From Candidatus Poribacteria bacterium (lineage in GTDB: Bacteria; Poribacteria; WGA-4E; PCPOR2b), in assembly GCA_965218095.1 (NCBI GenBank), contig OZ244587.1, positions 5,696,001 through 5,760,000 on the forward strand: DNA of 64,000 nucleotides, given 5' to 3'. Under the pieces are notes generated by a model, which saw nothing but the letters and a program-made list of their open reading frames with translations, was not told the DNA's origin and did no database searches. The translations under genes and the position numbers were made by a program. Below, piece by piece: positions 10,617 to 22,725 of the stretch; the first letter of the stretch is position 1, and each line of letters opens with the position of its first letter.

Positions 10617-11501
10617 TCAGCGGAGTTCATTCGGATAAATAAGGGTTCCCCATACACTCGTCGCTCTGCGGAATTCTTCAATCAGTTTCTGTGTCACTAT
10701 GCCGGGACGACCACCACCAATAACACGACGATCTATTTTAACAACAGGAATCACTTCGGCGGCGGTCCCCGTCAAAAAGCATTCGTCAGCGATATAGAGG
10801 TCGTGCCGTGTGAACACCCTTTCTTCGACAGTTAATCCCAATTCGCGTGCCAAGTCTATGACGGCATTGCGTGTTACCCCTTCCAAAATACCGATATGGG
10901 TGGGCGGCGTAACAATCACATTATCCTTGACGAAAAAGATATTATCGCCGGTACATTCGACAACATAGCCTTCGGCGTTCAGCATGAGTGCTTCGATAAC
11001 CCCTGCTTGTTTACCTTCTATCTTTGCCAGTATATTATTGAGATAGTTCAACGATTTGATCCGTGGATTGAGGGCTTCAGCGTAGTTTCGGCGTGTTGAA
11101 ACTGTAGCGATTTCCAAGCCGTCCTCATAAAACTCCTGAGGGTAAAGCGTAATCTTATCCGTGATGATAATAATCGTTGGCGTGGGACACTTATCCGGGT
11201 CTAAACCGAGATCGCCAACGCCGCGAGTCACGATCAGGCGAATATAAGCATCATAAAGATTATTCCGACGGAGCGTTTCCAATACACCTGCTTTTATCTC
11301 CTCGATCGAGATTGGAATTTCGAGCATAATGGCTCTTGCTGAGTCATACAGGCGCTGCAGGTGTTCGTCAAGCTTGAAGACGCGCCCCTGATAGGATCGA
11401 ATGCCCTCAAAAACACCGTCTCCGTAGAGCAAACCGTGATCAAAAACGGAAATTTTAGCCGCTGCTTGCGGCAGGAATTCTCCGTCAATATAAACCAGCA
11501 T
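10617..11501 (-). CDS. ilvE: Branched-chain amino acid aminotransferase
   Basis: DHGLLYGDGVFEGIRSY, KSLNYLNNIL, ILEGVTR, FLTGTAAEV (class IV PLP enzyme). Confidence 0.93.
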   Translation of the reverse strand: MLVYIDGEFLPQAAAKISVFDHGLLYGDGVFEGIRSYQGRVFKLDEHLQRLYDSARAIMLEIPISIEEIKAGVLETLRRNNLYDAYIRLIVTRGVGDLGLDPDKCPTPTIIIITDKITLYPQEFYEDGLEIATVSTRRNYAEALNPRIKSLNYLNNILAKIEGKQAGVIEALMLNAEGYVVECTGDNIFFVKDNVIVTPPTHIGILEGVTRNAVIDLARELGLTVEERVFTRHDLYIADECFLTGTAAEVIPVVKIDRRVIGGGRPGIVTQKLIEEFRRATSVWGTLIYPNELR

Positions 11502-11532
11502 AACGTTTTCCTCGAATCTGTGAATGACGCAT

Positions 11533-12228
11533 TCAAAAGTCTAACATGTGCACCTGATCGGAGACTTGTCCATCAACGAGATGAATCAACCGATCCGCCC
11601 GCTGTGCAAGCATCTGATTATGTGTTACGATGATAAACGTCTGACCGAACCGGTCATTAAGATCCCACAGCAAATCATGCACGGCTTCGCTCGTTTTTCG
11701 ATCGAGATTGCCTGTGGGCTCATCCGCCAGCACAACCTTGGGATGATTCATTAAGGCGCGGACGATGGCAACGCGCTGCCGTTCCCCGCCCGAAAGTTCA
11801 TACGGACGATGTGTCAGGCGCTCTGCCAAGCCAACATAATCCAGTAACTCTCTGGCTCGATTATACGCGACATCGGATTTACCCCCGGCAATCAATGCCG
11901 CCATCGCAACATTTTCCAGCACAGTAAATTCAGGTAAAAGGTGGTGAAACTGAAAGACAAAACCGATTTCTTGATTACGGAATTGATCCAGTGCCTTATC
12001 GTTCAACGCAAAAATATCCTGTCCTTCGTAGAAGACCTTCCCCTGTGTTGGCCGGTCAAACGCACCAAGTAAGTGAAGTAGTGTACTCTTTCCGACGCCA
12101 GAGGCACCGACAATTGCCAGAATCTCCGCCATCTGGACTTCTAAATCAATCCCTTTAAGCACAGGGAGCTCTCTTAAGCCATCGTAGTAGGACTTGTGCA
12201 GGTCAATAACATGGATGAGGTTATTCAT
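11533..12228 (-). CDS. lolD: Lipoprotein-releasing ABC transporter ATP-binding protein
   Basis: GASGVGKST, GFVFQFHHLL, LSGGERQR, ADEPTGNLD; overlaps the lolC/E stop. Confidence 0.9.
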   Translation of the reverse strand: MNNLIHVIDLHKSYYDGLRELPVLKGIDLEVQMAEILAIVGASGVGKSTLLHLLGAFDRPTQGKVFYEGQDIFALNDKALDQFRNQEIGFVFQFHHLLPEFTVLENVAMAALIAGGKSDVAYNRARELLDYVGLAERLTHRPYELSGGERQRVAIVRALMNHPKVVLADEPTGNLDRKTSEAVHDLLWDLNDRFGQTFIIVTHNQMLAQRADRLIHLVDGQVSDQVHMLDF

Positions 12229-13687
12229 GTCGGAGCGCCTCAACGGGGTTGAGGTTGGAAGCCTTCCCTGCCGGATACAGCGCCGCGAGCCAGCAGATTG
12301 CGATCGACAGGACGTTCATAAAAACGACGAAGAGCCAATTAATCTTGACAGATAATCGGTTGAGTTGATAAACACTACTCAAATCCCTACCGAAGATGTT
12401 ATTGAGGTAAATGGGTTGCGCAATGAAATAGAGGGACAGACCGACTGCCCCGCACCAGAGCAAAAGCAGCGCAGTTGAGTTGATAGGTAACGCCAACATC
12501 CGCCGGATGACTTGTGTACAGATTGGAATCAGAAGAATCAGAAGACCATACCAGCGTGAGAAACTGTCGACCTGAAACTCAAGCCGCCAACAGACATATA
12601 CGCCCAGCACTGTCCCCAAAAGAGAACCCAAAATACCAATAATACCGCCCTGAAGGATGAAGATTTTTCTGATGCTCTGTTTTGACGCCCCCATCGCTCT
12701 GAGAATACCGATGTCTTGTGTTTTTTCCATGACCATCATGATCAAGGTGCTTGCAATATTGAACGCCGCAACAAGAATGATTAGGGCAACGACAATCATC
12801 GTTACGATTCTCTCTAGTTTGAACGCTTCAAAAAAATCTGCACGCGATTCCATCCAGGTTGTTGTTATCGGCATTGCGCCCAAACCTTGATCAAAACGGA
12901 TATCGTGTTTGATGCGATCGCTGACTATCGGCGCCATATCTGCATCAATGGTGCGAACCTCAATCAGGTTGATCTGATCCGGCTTTTGGTACAGCTTTTG
13001 GGCGGTTTTCAGATCAATAAAGCCGAATGCGTTGTCGTGAATGTAGAACCCCGATTGGTAAAGCCCGATGACGACAAAATTACGCATCATCGGCAAAAAA
13101 CTCTCTGGATTGGCGGGGTGTTGTACCATCTTAGAAATGAGACGCAGAACATCCCCCGGGACAACGCCGATACGCCTTGCAACGTGATATCCTAAGACAA
13201 TGCCGCCTGTAATTGTCTCTTTTCCAGCCAAACGCGCCCGCGCTTCATCGATAAACGGTGAGCGATGAAACCCAGCAAAGTCAGCCACAAAATCTGAGAA
13301 CCCCGTAACGCGGTTTTCTTGTTGCAGGTCAATCCCTTTAACATAAATCGTCGCTTCGATTGCCTCGCTGCCCTGGGGTTGAACGGCGAGTTGACTTAAA
13401 ATCACAGGAGAGGCAGCAACCACGCCTTCAATCGCCTCAAGCTGTTCAATCTTTTCTTGGTAATTTGAAAAGTAACCATCAATCGATCTGACAAACACAT
13501 GGGCCTCATTGGCGAGGAATTTCTCTTTCAACCCATGACTAAAACCGTCCAAGACGGAAACGACGATAATAACAGCGGCAATGCCGAGGGCAACCCCTCC
13601 CACGGAAATAATGCTAATGATTGAGATAAAGGATTGTTTCCGCCGCGATTTCAGATAGCGTAGTGCAATGAATCGTTCATATTTCAT
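12221..13687 (-). CDS. Lipoprotein-releasing ABC transporter permease LolC/E
   Basis: IALRYL...FISIIS, VAAFNIASTL...EKTQDIGILRAMGA, C-terminal PVEALRHE. Confidence 0.9.
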   Translation of the reverse strand: MKYERFIALRYLKSRRKQSFISIISIISVGGVALGIAAVIIVVSVLDGFSHGLKEKFLANEAHVFVRSIDGYFSNYQEKIEQLEAIEGVVAASPVILSQLAVQPQGSEAIEATIYVKGIDLQQENRVTGFSDFVADFAGFHRSPFIDEARARLAGKETITGGIVLGYHVARRIGVVPGDVLRLISKMVQHPANPESFLPMMRNFVVIGLYQSGFYIHDNAFGFIDLKTAQKLYQKPDQINLIEVRTIDADMAPIVSDRIKHDIRFDQGLGAMPITTTWMESRADFFEAFKLERIVTMIVVALIILVAAFNIASTLIMMVMEKTQDIGILRAMGASKQSIRKIFILQGGIIGILGSLLGTVLGVYVCWRLEFQVDSFSRWYGLLILLIPICTQVIRRMLALPINSTALLLLWCGAVGLSLYFIAQPIYLNNIFGRDLSSVYQLNRLSVKINWLFVVFMNVLSIAICWLAALYPAGKASNLNPVEALRHE

Positions 13688-13690
13688 AAA

Positions 13691-15169
13691 TTAGTGTTCA
13701 GGACGCATTAGGGGAAATAAGATCACGTCGCGGATTGAGCTTTGATCTGTGAGCAACATGGCGAGTCGATCAATACCAATGCCAAGCCCACCCGTCGGTG
13801 GCATGCCATACTCAAGCGCCCGCAGATAATCTTCATCCATCATAAACGCTTCCTCATCTCCAGCGTTGCGTCTCTTGGCTTGCGCAATAAACCGCTCACG
13901 CTGATCGATGGGATCATTTAACTCACTGAAAGCATTGCCGAGCTCCATACGCGCCACAAAGGGCTCAAATCGCTCAACTACCCGATCGCATCCACGCTTC
14001 TTCTTCGCAAGCGGTGAAACCTCAATAGGGTAATCATAAATAAATGTTGGTTGAACCAAGTTCGGTTCGACGAGCGCATCAAACAGCTCCCCGATGAGAT
14101 GCCCTCTGGATTCAGTACCTTCCAATTCAACGCCAGCGGCTGATGTCACGTTCCATAATTCGTCGTCACTCAGCGCATCAACGTCAATGCCAACTTCTTC
14201 CTTTATTGACTCGATTAACCTTAGCCTGCGCCAGGGCGGGTCTAATGAAATCGAATCGCCCTGATAAGAAATCTGCGTGGCGCCGAGGACGCTTTTCGCA
14301 GCGTATGCGACGAGGTTTTCTGTCAAACGCATCATATCTTCATAATCCGCATACGCCTGATAAAGCTCAAGCATCGTAAATTCGGGATTGTGATCGCGGT
14401 CCATACCTTCATTCCGAAAATCTTTCGCAAATTCATAGACCTGATCAAACCCACCAACGATAAGCCGTTTGAGATAAAGTTCATTCGCAATACGGAGGTA
14501 AAGCGGCATATCAAGTGCGTTGTGATGCGTGGTGAAGGGGCGGGCGTGTGCGCCTCCATAAATTGGTTGAAGGATTGGCGTTTCTACTTCAATAAAACCT
14601 TGCTGATTGAGGTAGTCGCGGAGGGCTTGGATTATTCGGGTGCGGTTGATGAAAACCTGCTTCACATCGGGATTGATGATCAGATCGGCATACCGCTGAC
14701 GATAACGGGTTGCCTTATCCTGCAAACCATGCCATTTTTCGGGAAGCGGACGGAGGGACTTTGCTAAAAGCTCAATTTCATTCACCAACACGGTAATTTC
14801 ACCGGTTCGAGTACGAAAAACGGAACCAGCGCCACCAATGACATCACCGATATCAAGCTTCTTGTAGACTAGATATGCGTCTTTTCCAACCAGGTTTTGG
14901 CGCATGTAAATCTGGATGTGCCCACTTCCATCCTGTACGTGCGCAAATCCGCTCTTGCCATGATCTCGTTTGGTCATGATGCGCCCGGCAATACGCACAA
15001 GTTTCGTCTCATCCGGCTGATCGTGCACATCTGCAAATTGTTGACGAATTTCCAGGGTAGTATGGGTGGGTGAGTATTTGTGAGGGTATGGGTTGACGCC
15101 GATTTGACGAATTTCTTCCAGCTTTTCTCGACGTTGACGCATCAAATCACTAAAATCTTCCAATTGCAC
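13691..15169 (-). CDS. lysS: Lysine--tRNA ligase (class II)
   Basis: RYRQRYADL, YLRIANELYLKRL, FRNEG, EYGMPPTGGLGIGIDRL. Confidence 0.97.
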   Translation of the reverse strand: MQLEDFSDLMRQRREKLEEIRQIGVNPYPHKYSPTHTTLEIRQQFADVHDQPDETKLVRIAGRIMTKRDHGKSGFAHVQDGSGHIQIYMRQNLVGKDAYLVYKKLDIGDVIGGAGSVFRTRTGEITVLVNEIELLAKSLRPLPEKWHGLQDKATRYRQRYADLIINPDVKQVFINRTRIIQALRDYLNQQGFIEVETPILQPIYGGAHARPFTTHHNALDMPLYLRIANELYLKRLIVGGFDQVYEFAKDFRNEGMDRDHNPEFTMLELYQAYADYEDMMRLTENLVAYAAKSVLGATQISYQGDSISLDPPWRRLRLIESIKEEVGIDVDALSDDELWNVTSAAGVELEGTESRGHLIGELFDALVEPNLVQPTFIYDYPIEVSPLAKKKRGCDRVVERFEPFVARMELGNAFSELNDPIDQRERFIAQAKRRNAGDEEAFMMDEDYLRALEYGMPPTGGLGIGIDRLAMLLTDQSSIRDVILFPLMRPEH

Positions 15170-15200
15170 ATTCCTTCCAGAAAGAATTTATTGAAGGGTT

Positions 15201-15229
15201 AGTATAGCACGTCTCAACGCTTTAGGCAA
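15201..15229 (-). promoter_or_regulatory. Candidate sigma70 promoter for lysS-lol-bamA genes
   Basis: TTGCCT-N17-TATACT with extended TG on the minus strand, between the IS and lysS. Confidence 0.55.
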
Positions 15230-15253
15230 TAAAAAAACTGGCATCACTGACTA

Positions 15254-16074
15254 GGTTCTGTTGACATTTGAGTATAAGGTTGTGGCATAATAGAAGAATG
15301 ATGCCAATAACCTTACCCGATGACCAATGGAATAAGATATACTCGTTTCTTCTAACTTGTCCCACCATCTATGTTGGCAACGAAGCGACAACACGCCGCT
15401 TTATCGAAACTGTTCTCTGGGCGACCCGTAGCGGTGCTCAATGGAGACTTCTGCTAGACACCTATGGTAAATGGAACACCCTCTATAAGCGGTTTGCTCG
15501 GTGGTGCGACAAAGGGGTCTTCACACAGATGCACCCCCACTTCGCCTCTGACCCCGATATCGAGTCGCTTATTGTGGACAGTACAATCATTCGAGCGCAC
15601 CCGTGTGCGGCAGGTGCCGAAAAAAAAAGGGTGGCACTGAAAACCAAGCGTTAGGCTGCTCTCGCGGGGGATTCAGTACAAAAATTCACATCACAGTTGA
15701 CGGCCTGGGTAATCCCCTAAGAATACATCTGACGCCCGGTCAAAGAAACGACATAGCGGAAGCAGAAGGGTTGATACTTGGATATAAAAGTGAGTATGTG
15801 ATTGGAGACAAGGGATATGACTCCGACAATTTTATCGCGGTTATTGAGGCGAATGGAGCGATTGCGGTGATACCGCCCAAAAGTCATCGTGTGGATCAAA
15901 GAGATTACGACAAACATCTGTACAAAGAGAGACATCGGGTTGAATGTTTCATTAACAAGATAAAATGGTATCGCCGCATCTTCTCTCGGTTCGAGAAGTT
16001 AGCTATCCGTTATTTTGGATTTCTCAGCTTTGTCTCCACATCTTATATGGCTCCGTTGAAATGTCAACAGAACC
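15254..16074 (+). mobile_element. IS5-family element type B, copy 1 (two ORFs joined by -1 frameshift)
   Basis: Perfect 16-bp IRs GGTTCTGTTGACATTT, TA duplication; A9 run at 15620-15628 in the ORF overlap; extra base near the 3' end alters the C-terminus. Confidence 0.93.
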
Positions 16075-16099
16075 TAATACGCATTCCTTCCCAATTCCC

Positions 16100-17210
16100 T
16101 CATTCTCTTTCGCGCCTTACGTCTTTTAAGTAGCTTTCGATAAAAACGTTCAGCCCGCCATCCATGACCGCGTCAACATTCCCGGTCTCAACCCCTGTTC
16201 GCAAATCTTTCACCAGACGGTAAGGGTGGAACACATAGGATCGGATCTGGCTGCCAAAGTCAATACCAAGTCTGTCTCCCTGTAGTTTTGAAATCTCTTC
16301 GTTACGTTGGGCTCGATAATACTCATAAACTCGTGAGCGAAGCACCTTCATTGCGATCTCGCGGTTTTTATGCTGCGACCGTTCGTTCTGACACTGGGCA
16401 ATAATCCCAGTGGGCAGATGGGTCATCCGCACCGCTGAATCTGTGCGGTTGACATGCTGCCCGCCAGCGCCACTCGATCTGTAGGTTTCGATACGCAGAT
16501 CCGCGGGGTCAATCTCAACATCAATGGCGTCGCTAATGTCAGGAGAAACAGCAACCGCTGCAAAGGAAGTGTGACGGCGATTATTGAAATCGAAGGGAGA
16601 AAGACGAACGAGACGGTGAATGCCTGCTTCTGCACGGAGATAGCCGTAGGCATACTCTCCGGTCACCAGGATTGTTGTGCTCTTGATGCCTGCCTCTTCA
16701 CCATGCGCCAATTCAATGGTCTCAGTTTTGTAGTTATGTCGCTCGCACCAGCGAAGATACATCCGCATGAGCATCAACGCCCAATCCTGAGATTCGGTGC
16801 CGCCTGCCCCGGGGTGAATACTCAAGATTGCATTGCTTCGATCATGTTCGCCACCGAGCATCAGCTTGAATTCGATTTCCTCAATCTGTTGCGCAACCCC
16901 TCTTAAGTCTGCTTTAATCTCTTCGCCTATGGTCTCATCATCCTCCTCAACAGCAAGCTCAATCAGGAGTTGGAGGTCTTCGAGTTGAGTGTGGAGTTTC
17001 CTATATTGTTCTACGTCTTCCCGCAAGATCGAGATCTGTTGAGTGACTTTTTGGGCATCCTGGGGTTCGTTCCAAAAATCGGGCTTTGAGGCTTCTTCTT
17101 GAAGTGTTTCCAGTTCTTCTTCCTTACTCGTCAGGTCAAAGATGCCCCCTGAGTTCAATCAGTCGAGCGGTCATACCCTCAATTTCAGCCTTCAAATCTG
17201 CAAGCATCAT
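16100..17210 (-). CDS. prfB: Peptide chain release factor 2 with programmed +1 frameshift
   Basis: AAGGAG RBS, ATG at 17210, MMLADLKAEIEGMTARLIELRGHL then CTT-TGA-C shift into DLTSKEEE; SPF and GGQ motifs. Confidence 0.97.
17135..17150 (-). promoter_or_regulatory. RF2 autoregulatory frameshift cassette
   Basis: AGGGGG-CAT-CTT-TGA-C (internal SD, 3-nt spacer, slippery codon, UGA). Confidence 0.95.
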
Positions 17211-17235
17211 CTGTCTCCTTGTGATTGCGCCCTCA

Positions 17236-17808
17236 TTATCGCGTGAGTGCATAAGATTGTAAGGTTGTATAAACAGCCCCTTTTGGGTGAAGTTGACTCT
17301 GTATCAGCGAAATTTCATGGACAGTCATCGCGCCATCATCAATCTTATCATATTGACGATACAAGTTCACGAAAGGTCTCAGATCTACTCGTCTTTTCAG
17401 CCGAGCAATCGTTAAATGGGAATTGAATTTCTTGTCGTCAGGCGGGAATCCACAGCGACTCAGCGCCTGGTTGATGTCCTGGGCGAGGGCAGATACTTGC
17501 TCCTCTCCAACTTTTACACCGGACCAAATTACCCTTGGACGCGCCAGACTAGGGAATGCGCCAACCCCACCCATCCGCAATGAAAAAGGACTGTGATGGG
17601 CTGCCGCTTGCTCAGTTGTCTGCCCGATTGATTCGATGTCAGCCGGATTAACATCGCCTAGAAATTTCAGCGTGAGGTGAATGTTACCCGGTTTAACCCA
17701 AGATGCCCTTTGAATCTGTTTCCGCAATATCGTTTGGATCTGCGCTAACTGATTCTGGATGGTCATGGGTATCTCGATTGCGACAAAACACCGTATCTGC
17801 TGTGTCAT
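17236..17808 (-). CDS. thpR: RNA 2',3'-cyclic phosphodiesterase (2H family)
   Basis: RCFVAI start, two HxT motifs (HLTLKF, HLTIAR), PRVIWSG. Confidence 0.9.
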   Translation of the reverse strand: MTQQIRCFVAIEIPMTIQNQLAQIQTILRKQIQRASWVKPGNIHLTLKFLGDVNPADIESIGQTTEQAAAHHSPFSLRMGGVGAFPSLARPRVIWSGVKVGEEQVSALAQDINQALSRCGFPPDDKKFNSHLTIARLKRRVDLRPFVNLYRQYDKIDDGAMTVHEISLIQSQLHPKGAVYTTLQSYALTR

Positions 17809-17838
17809 GTTTTCTAATTTACCAATTCCAGAGCACCA

Positions 17839-17870
17839 AACCTTCGGAAGGTTCAAAACCTTCCAGGGTT
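17839..17870. repeat. REP-like double palindrome
   Basis: AACCTTCGGAAGGTT-caa-AACCTTCCAGGGTT between pgsA and thpR. Confidence 0.55.
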
Positions 17871-17875
17871 GGAGA

Positions 17876-18502
17876 CTAGATGTCATCATCTGTATAAGCG
17901 TCCGGCGATCTCATCAGTTCATAAAGCGCCTTGCGATTGTTGTACAGAAATTCCAATCCTGAAACAACGGTTAAGACAAGAGGAAGGTACATTATAAAAT
18001 AGATTGGTCCCTGTACTTGAATCATAAAATCCAGTTCTATATTTAATAGCCCTCTATATTCGTGGCTAACGAGTAAACCGAGGCTAACTATAATGACAGT
18101 CATCTGGGAGGAGGTTTTATATTTTCCCCACCTGCTCGCTGCAACCACAGTTCCATACCGCCCAACGAATACCAGTCGTAAGGTGGTGATGACAAACTCA
18201 CGCCCCATGATTATTAAAACTATCCAACCTGGAATCAATCCTCCTTTAAATCGGGTAAAGCAAATCAACGCCGCCCCAACGAGTAGCTTATCTGCAAGCG
18301 GATCCATAAATTTTCCAAAACTGGTGATTCCTTGCCTGCGAGCAATCTTGCCATCAAGATAATCTGTAAACGATGCCACGCAAAAAATAACGAGAGCAGG
18401 CAGCATGCGCTGGTATCGAAAAGAGAGCATAAAGAAGGGAATCAGGAGAATGCGTGAAATCGTTAAGGAATTTGCTAGGTGCATCAGGCTGTAGAGATTC
18501 AT
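17876..18502 (-). CDS. pgsA: CDP-diacylglycerol--glycerol-3-phosphate 3-phosphatidyltransferase
   Basis: NSLTISR, TDYLDGKIARR...GKFMDPLADK, GKYKT. Confidence 0.9.
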   Translation of the reverse strand: MNLYSLMHLANSLTISRILLIPFFMLSFRYQRMLPALVIFCVASFTDYLDGKIARRQGITSFGKFMDPLADKLLVGAALICFTRFKGGLIPGWIVLIIMGREFVITTLRLVFVGRYGTVVAASRWGKYKTSSQMTVIIVSLGLLVSHEYRGLLNIELDFMIQVQGPIYFIMYLPLVLTVVSGLEFLYNNRKALYELMRSPDAYTDDDI

Positions 18503-18637
18503 ACGGTTTTATCACTTTGTAAGGTGTACCCTACACTCAAAGGTTGAGAAATGCTGTCACCCTGCATCGGACGTAATGCGTAATAAACTATACGCGGGGT
18601 TTTTCGCATATCACACTTACTCATCACATCTTTAATG

Positions 18638-19354
18638 TCACTCATCTGGTGAAAGATCTATCACTTCAACCCCGTCCGGAATGACAAATTTGAATGTATC
18701 GGCGCCTACTTCCTGATCTCGCTGAATGTTAGCCAACGAAACGATTACACTCATATCGTTTTCATCGTCGCTTTCAGATCGATAACCGAACTGCACAGGT
18801 AACCACTCATCCGATTGAACCCAAACCTCAAGGATCTCGCGAGGGGGGACGGCCCCGTTTTCAGCACCGGGTATCATGTGCGGTTTGGGAGTCAATTCAA
18901 TGCGGTAAACGCCCTTCGCATTCGCAGCGGCATCTGCAACCAGCTTTATGTCATAATTCTTCTGGACATCTTCTAAGGACGCCCCAACCCCCGGCAATAA
19001 TTCTTTGCGGTTCGATTTGTTCCATCTCATTTTATTGACCTGGTTGAGCAGCGGCGTATATGACCAGGAATATTCACCATCAAGAATAATTAACTGTGCA
19101 AGCTGGGTCGGATCTTTTTGGCTGACATACTCCTTCCGCAGTAAATTCGGTTTGCTAAACGCTACTCGTCCGCGTGCAACGTTTTTATTGCCGGCTCGAA
19201 ACGTCGTCTCCTCAAAGTCGGCGCTAAAGTTCTTAGACTTCTCGTAAGCTGTCTTGAAGCTTTGAAACACCTCATCGACAGTATTGGCGGATATGTAATT
19301 CACACTAATGGTCAGCAAAAGCGTAAGCATGCATCTGAAATAGAGCTGTTTCAT
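18638..19354 (-). CDS. LolA-family lipoprotein carrier
   Basis: Signal peptide, FSADFEE...GRVAFSKP, DGEYSWSYTP, FKFVIPDGVEVID end. Confidence 0.8.
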   Translation of the reverse strand: MKQLYFRCMLTLLLTISVNYISANTVDEVFQSFKTAYEKSKNFSADFEETTFRAGNKNVARGRVAFSKPNLLRKEYVSQKDPTQLAQLIILDGEYSWSYTPLLNQVNKMRWNKSNRKELLPGVGASLEDVQKNYDIKLVADAAANAKGVYRIELTPKPHMIPGAENGAVPPREILEVWVQSDEWLPVQFGYRSESDDENDMSVIVSLANIQRDQEVGADTFKFVIPDGVEVIDLSPDE

Positions 19355-19450
19355 AACCCCTTCGCGGCGTGAACTTCTTGGAAAGCCGCTCTCCTTTCCA
19401 ATTTCAGATTGACAATTTTATGCACACATTATTATTTTGGGTTAGCAATA

Positions 19451-19666
19451 CTATTCTGACGACCTTTCCAAGAGCGTGTCAAGTTTTTGGTTACTAAGTT
19501 GATCTATGTTCTGTGTGTTTTTTCTGACCATGCCTTCCAATTGATCAATTTGTTGAGAGTGCTTTTCGGTGATCGTTGTCAATTTATCAATGCGGCGATC
19601 ACATCATTCAATGAGTTTTTGATTCTCTCCAATGAGATCGTGATTCTGTCGGAGTTCATCGGTCAT
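19451..19666 (-). pseudogene. Small coiled-coil ORF with one in-frame TGA
   Basis: MTDELRQNHDLIGENQKLIE*CDRRIDKLTTITEKHSQQIDQLEGMVRKNTQNIDQLSNQKLDTLLERSSE; TGA at 19604-19606. Confidence 0.45.
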
Positions 19667-19890
19667 TTTTTCCAACTCTGGAATATGGTCTTGATCTCCT
19701 TCCGGGGTTGGCATCATTTTCTCTCCTTGTCTGTTGGGGGATGCCACCTAATACTATAAACAGTGGAGATTGTTAGCAAGATAGGTGTACTGCCATTGGA
19801 AATTGATGCATAAGATGGACCGCTCTCATCCACAAAATCCAGATAGCAGTATAGCACTTGCGATGCAGTTTGTCAACGCCGTTTTTCCAG

Positions 19891-20391
19891 TTAAACGGAT
19901 GGCGTTTCTGCTCTTGCAAGGCGTTCCTGCTCGACAATTTTCCGAGCCTCCTCCTCTGTCACATGAACATGAACCCTCGCCCAATCCACGAGCGCAACCT
20001 CTATCTCATCGGGGGATTCGATTGCGTGTTTTATAAAACGCTCCAACAGATCGATAACCTGTTCATCTCTAAAAAACGCTTGAAACCATATAGAAAACTC
20101 CTTAATGGTGTCCGGTTCTTCTGCAAAGGCCCAAAAGGTCACCCTACAAAAATCAAGCCCCTCATCGACGACTTGCTGGGAGATCCACACCCCTTCGGGG
20201 AATCCTTCAAATAAAGGCAAAAATTCAGGGAGTAATCGAGGGAGCGGATCAGTCAGATAGGAGATCTCCGGCGAAATATCAAACTGGATGCCATACTTGT
20301 GCGCCTGAAGATGGACCTGGAGCGCCTCGGTGGGTCTATCTGTGGCTGGTTGCTCAGCGGGTTCAATTTTCCCTTTGCGTCGAAATCGCAT
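19891..20391 (-). CDS. Hypothetical protein
   Basis: 166-aa ORF with GAGGAGG RBS; no motif recognised. Confidence 0.7.
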   Translation of the reverse strand: MRFRRKGKIEPAEQPATDRPTEALQVHLQAHKYGIQFDISPEISYLTDPLPRLLPEFLPLFEGFPEGVWISQQVVDEGLDFCRVTFWAFAEEPDTIKEFSIWFQAFFRDEQVIDLLERFIKHAIESPDEIEVALVDWARVHVHVTEEEARKIVEQERLARAETPSV

Positions 20392-20556
20392 CGTTGATAA
20401 TTCCTCCTCTGACCTGCCTTTGTATCCTAGCTAAAGTATTATACTCAAGACCCCTGTCTCCCGCAACCACAATTCCAAGAAAAGTATTGACAACTCAAAT
20501 TCACTTTTTTCACGTTAAAGTCAAAATACTTCTGATGTCTATTCTACCTCATTTTC

Positions 20557-20579
20557 GACTTTTTAGATAGGCTCTTAGC
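20557..20579. mobile_element. Solo IS-like end, identical to 50499-50521
   Basis: GACTTTTTAGATAGGCTCTTAGC occurs twice in the same orientation, each near a truncated gene. Confidence 0.55.
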
Positions 20580-20679
20580 CAGGATGGATGTCGCTTGGCG
20601 GTCGTCGACTTGGAGGTGCTGGTGTGGAATCTGGAAGCACTGTTTGATACATTTTCGCCGGTTGGGTAGAACCCCAGAA

Positions 20680-20760
20680 GTCGTCACAAGCGGCGTCTAT
20701 TTCTACTCACTTCAAGCCGGGGATTTTCGTGCCACCCGAAAAATAGTCTTGAAAAGGTAG
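20680..20760 (+). pseudogene. Remnant 3' end of a secreted protein (T9SS/FlgD-like C-terminal domain)
   Basis: VVTSGVYFYSLQAGDFRATRKIVLKR* resembles VASGIYFYALSTASFHATQKMVILK* of 31367-33694. Confidence 0.7.
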
Positions 20761-20801
20761 CGATATGCTGCTTTGGTGTCCCCACCATGCCGAACTTTTT
20801 T

Positions 20802-22426
<1,625 letters not shown>

Positions 22427-22458
22427 AATGAATCGACGAATCTGCGATCGAAGTAAAC

Positions 22459-22488
22459 TTGACATTAACATAAGAATTGTGCTACTAT
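22459..22488 (+). promoter_or_regulatory. Candidate sigma70 promoter upstream of nuoI
   Basis: TTGACA-N18-TACTAT with TG, about 240 nt before the start codon. Confidence 0.55.
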
Positions 22489-22725
22489 CATTATGCGTTT
22501 ACCCGAGATGCGTTGGGATGGACTTTACTGACAAGAAGGTTATGCAATTGGTTCTGACCCACCGATAGATCGGAATAGGGCGGTACTTGCTCAATATGAA
22601 ATGCGTAAGTCCTAATTACTTTTAATTTCAAACCCTTGAAAGGAGAACGGCTTTCTGGAAGAGATACAGTGACCGGGTTATCCACATTCAACCACAAATG
22701 AAATTGAAGCCGCTACAAAGTTTTT

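Noticed and set aside
22678-22686. Replication origin
   Set aside because: Only one DnaA box, no cluster and no dnaA nearby.
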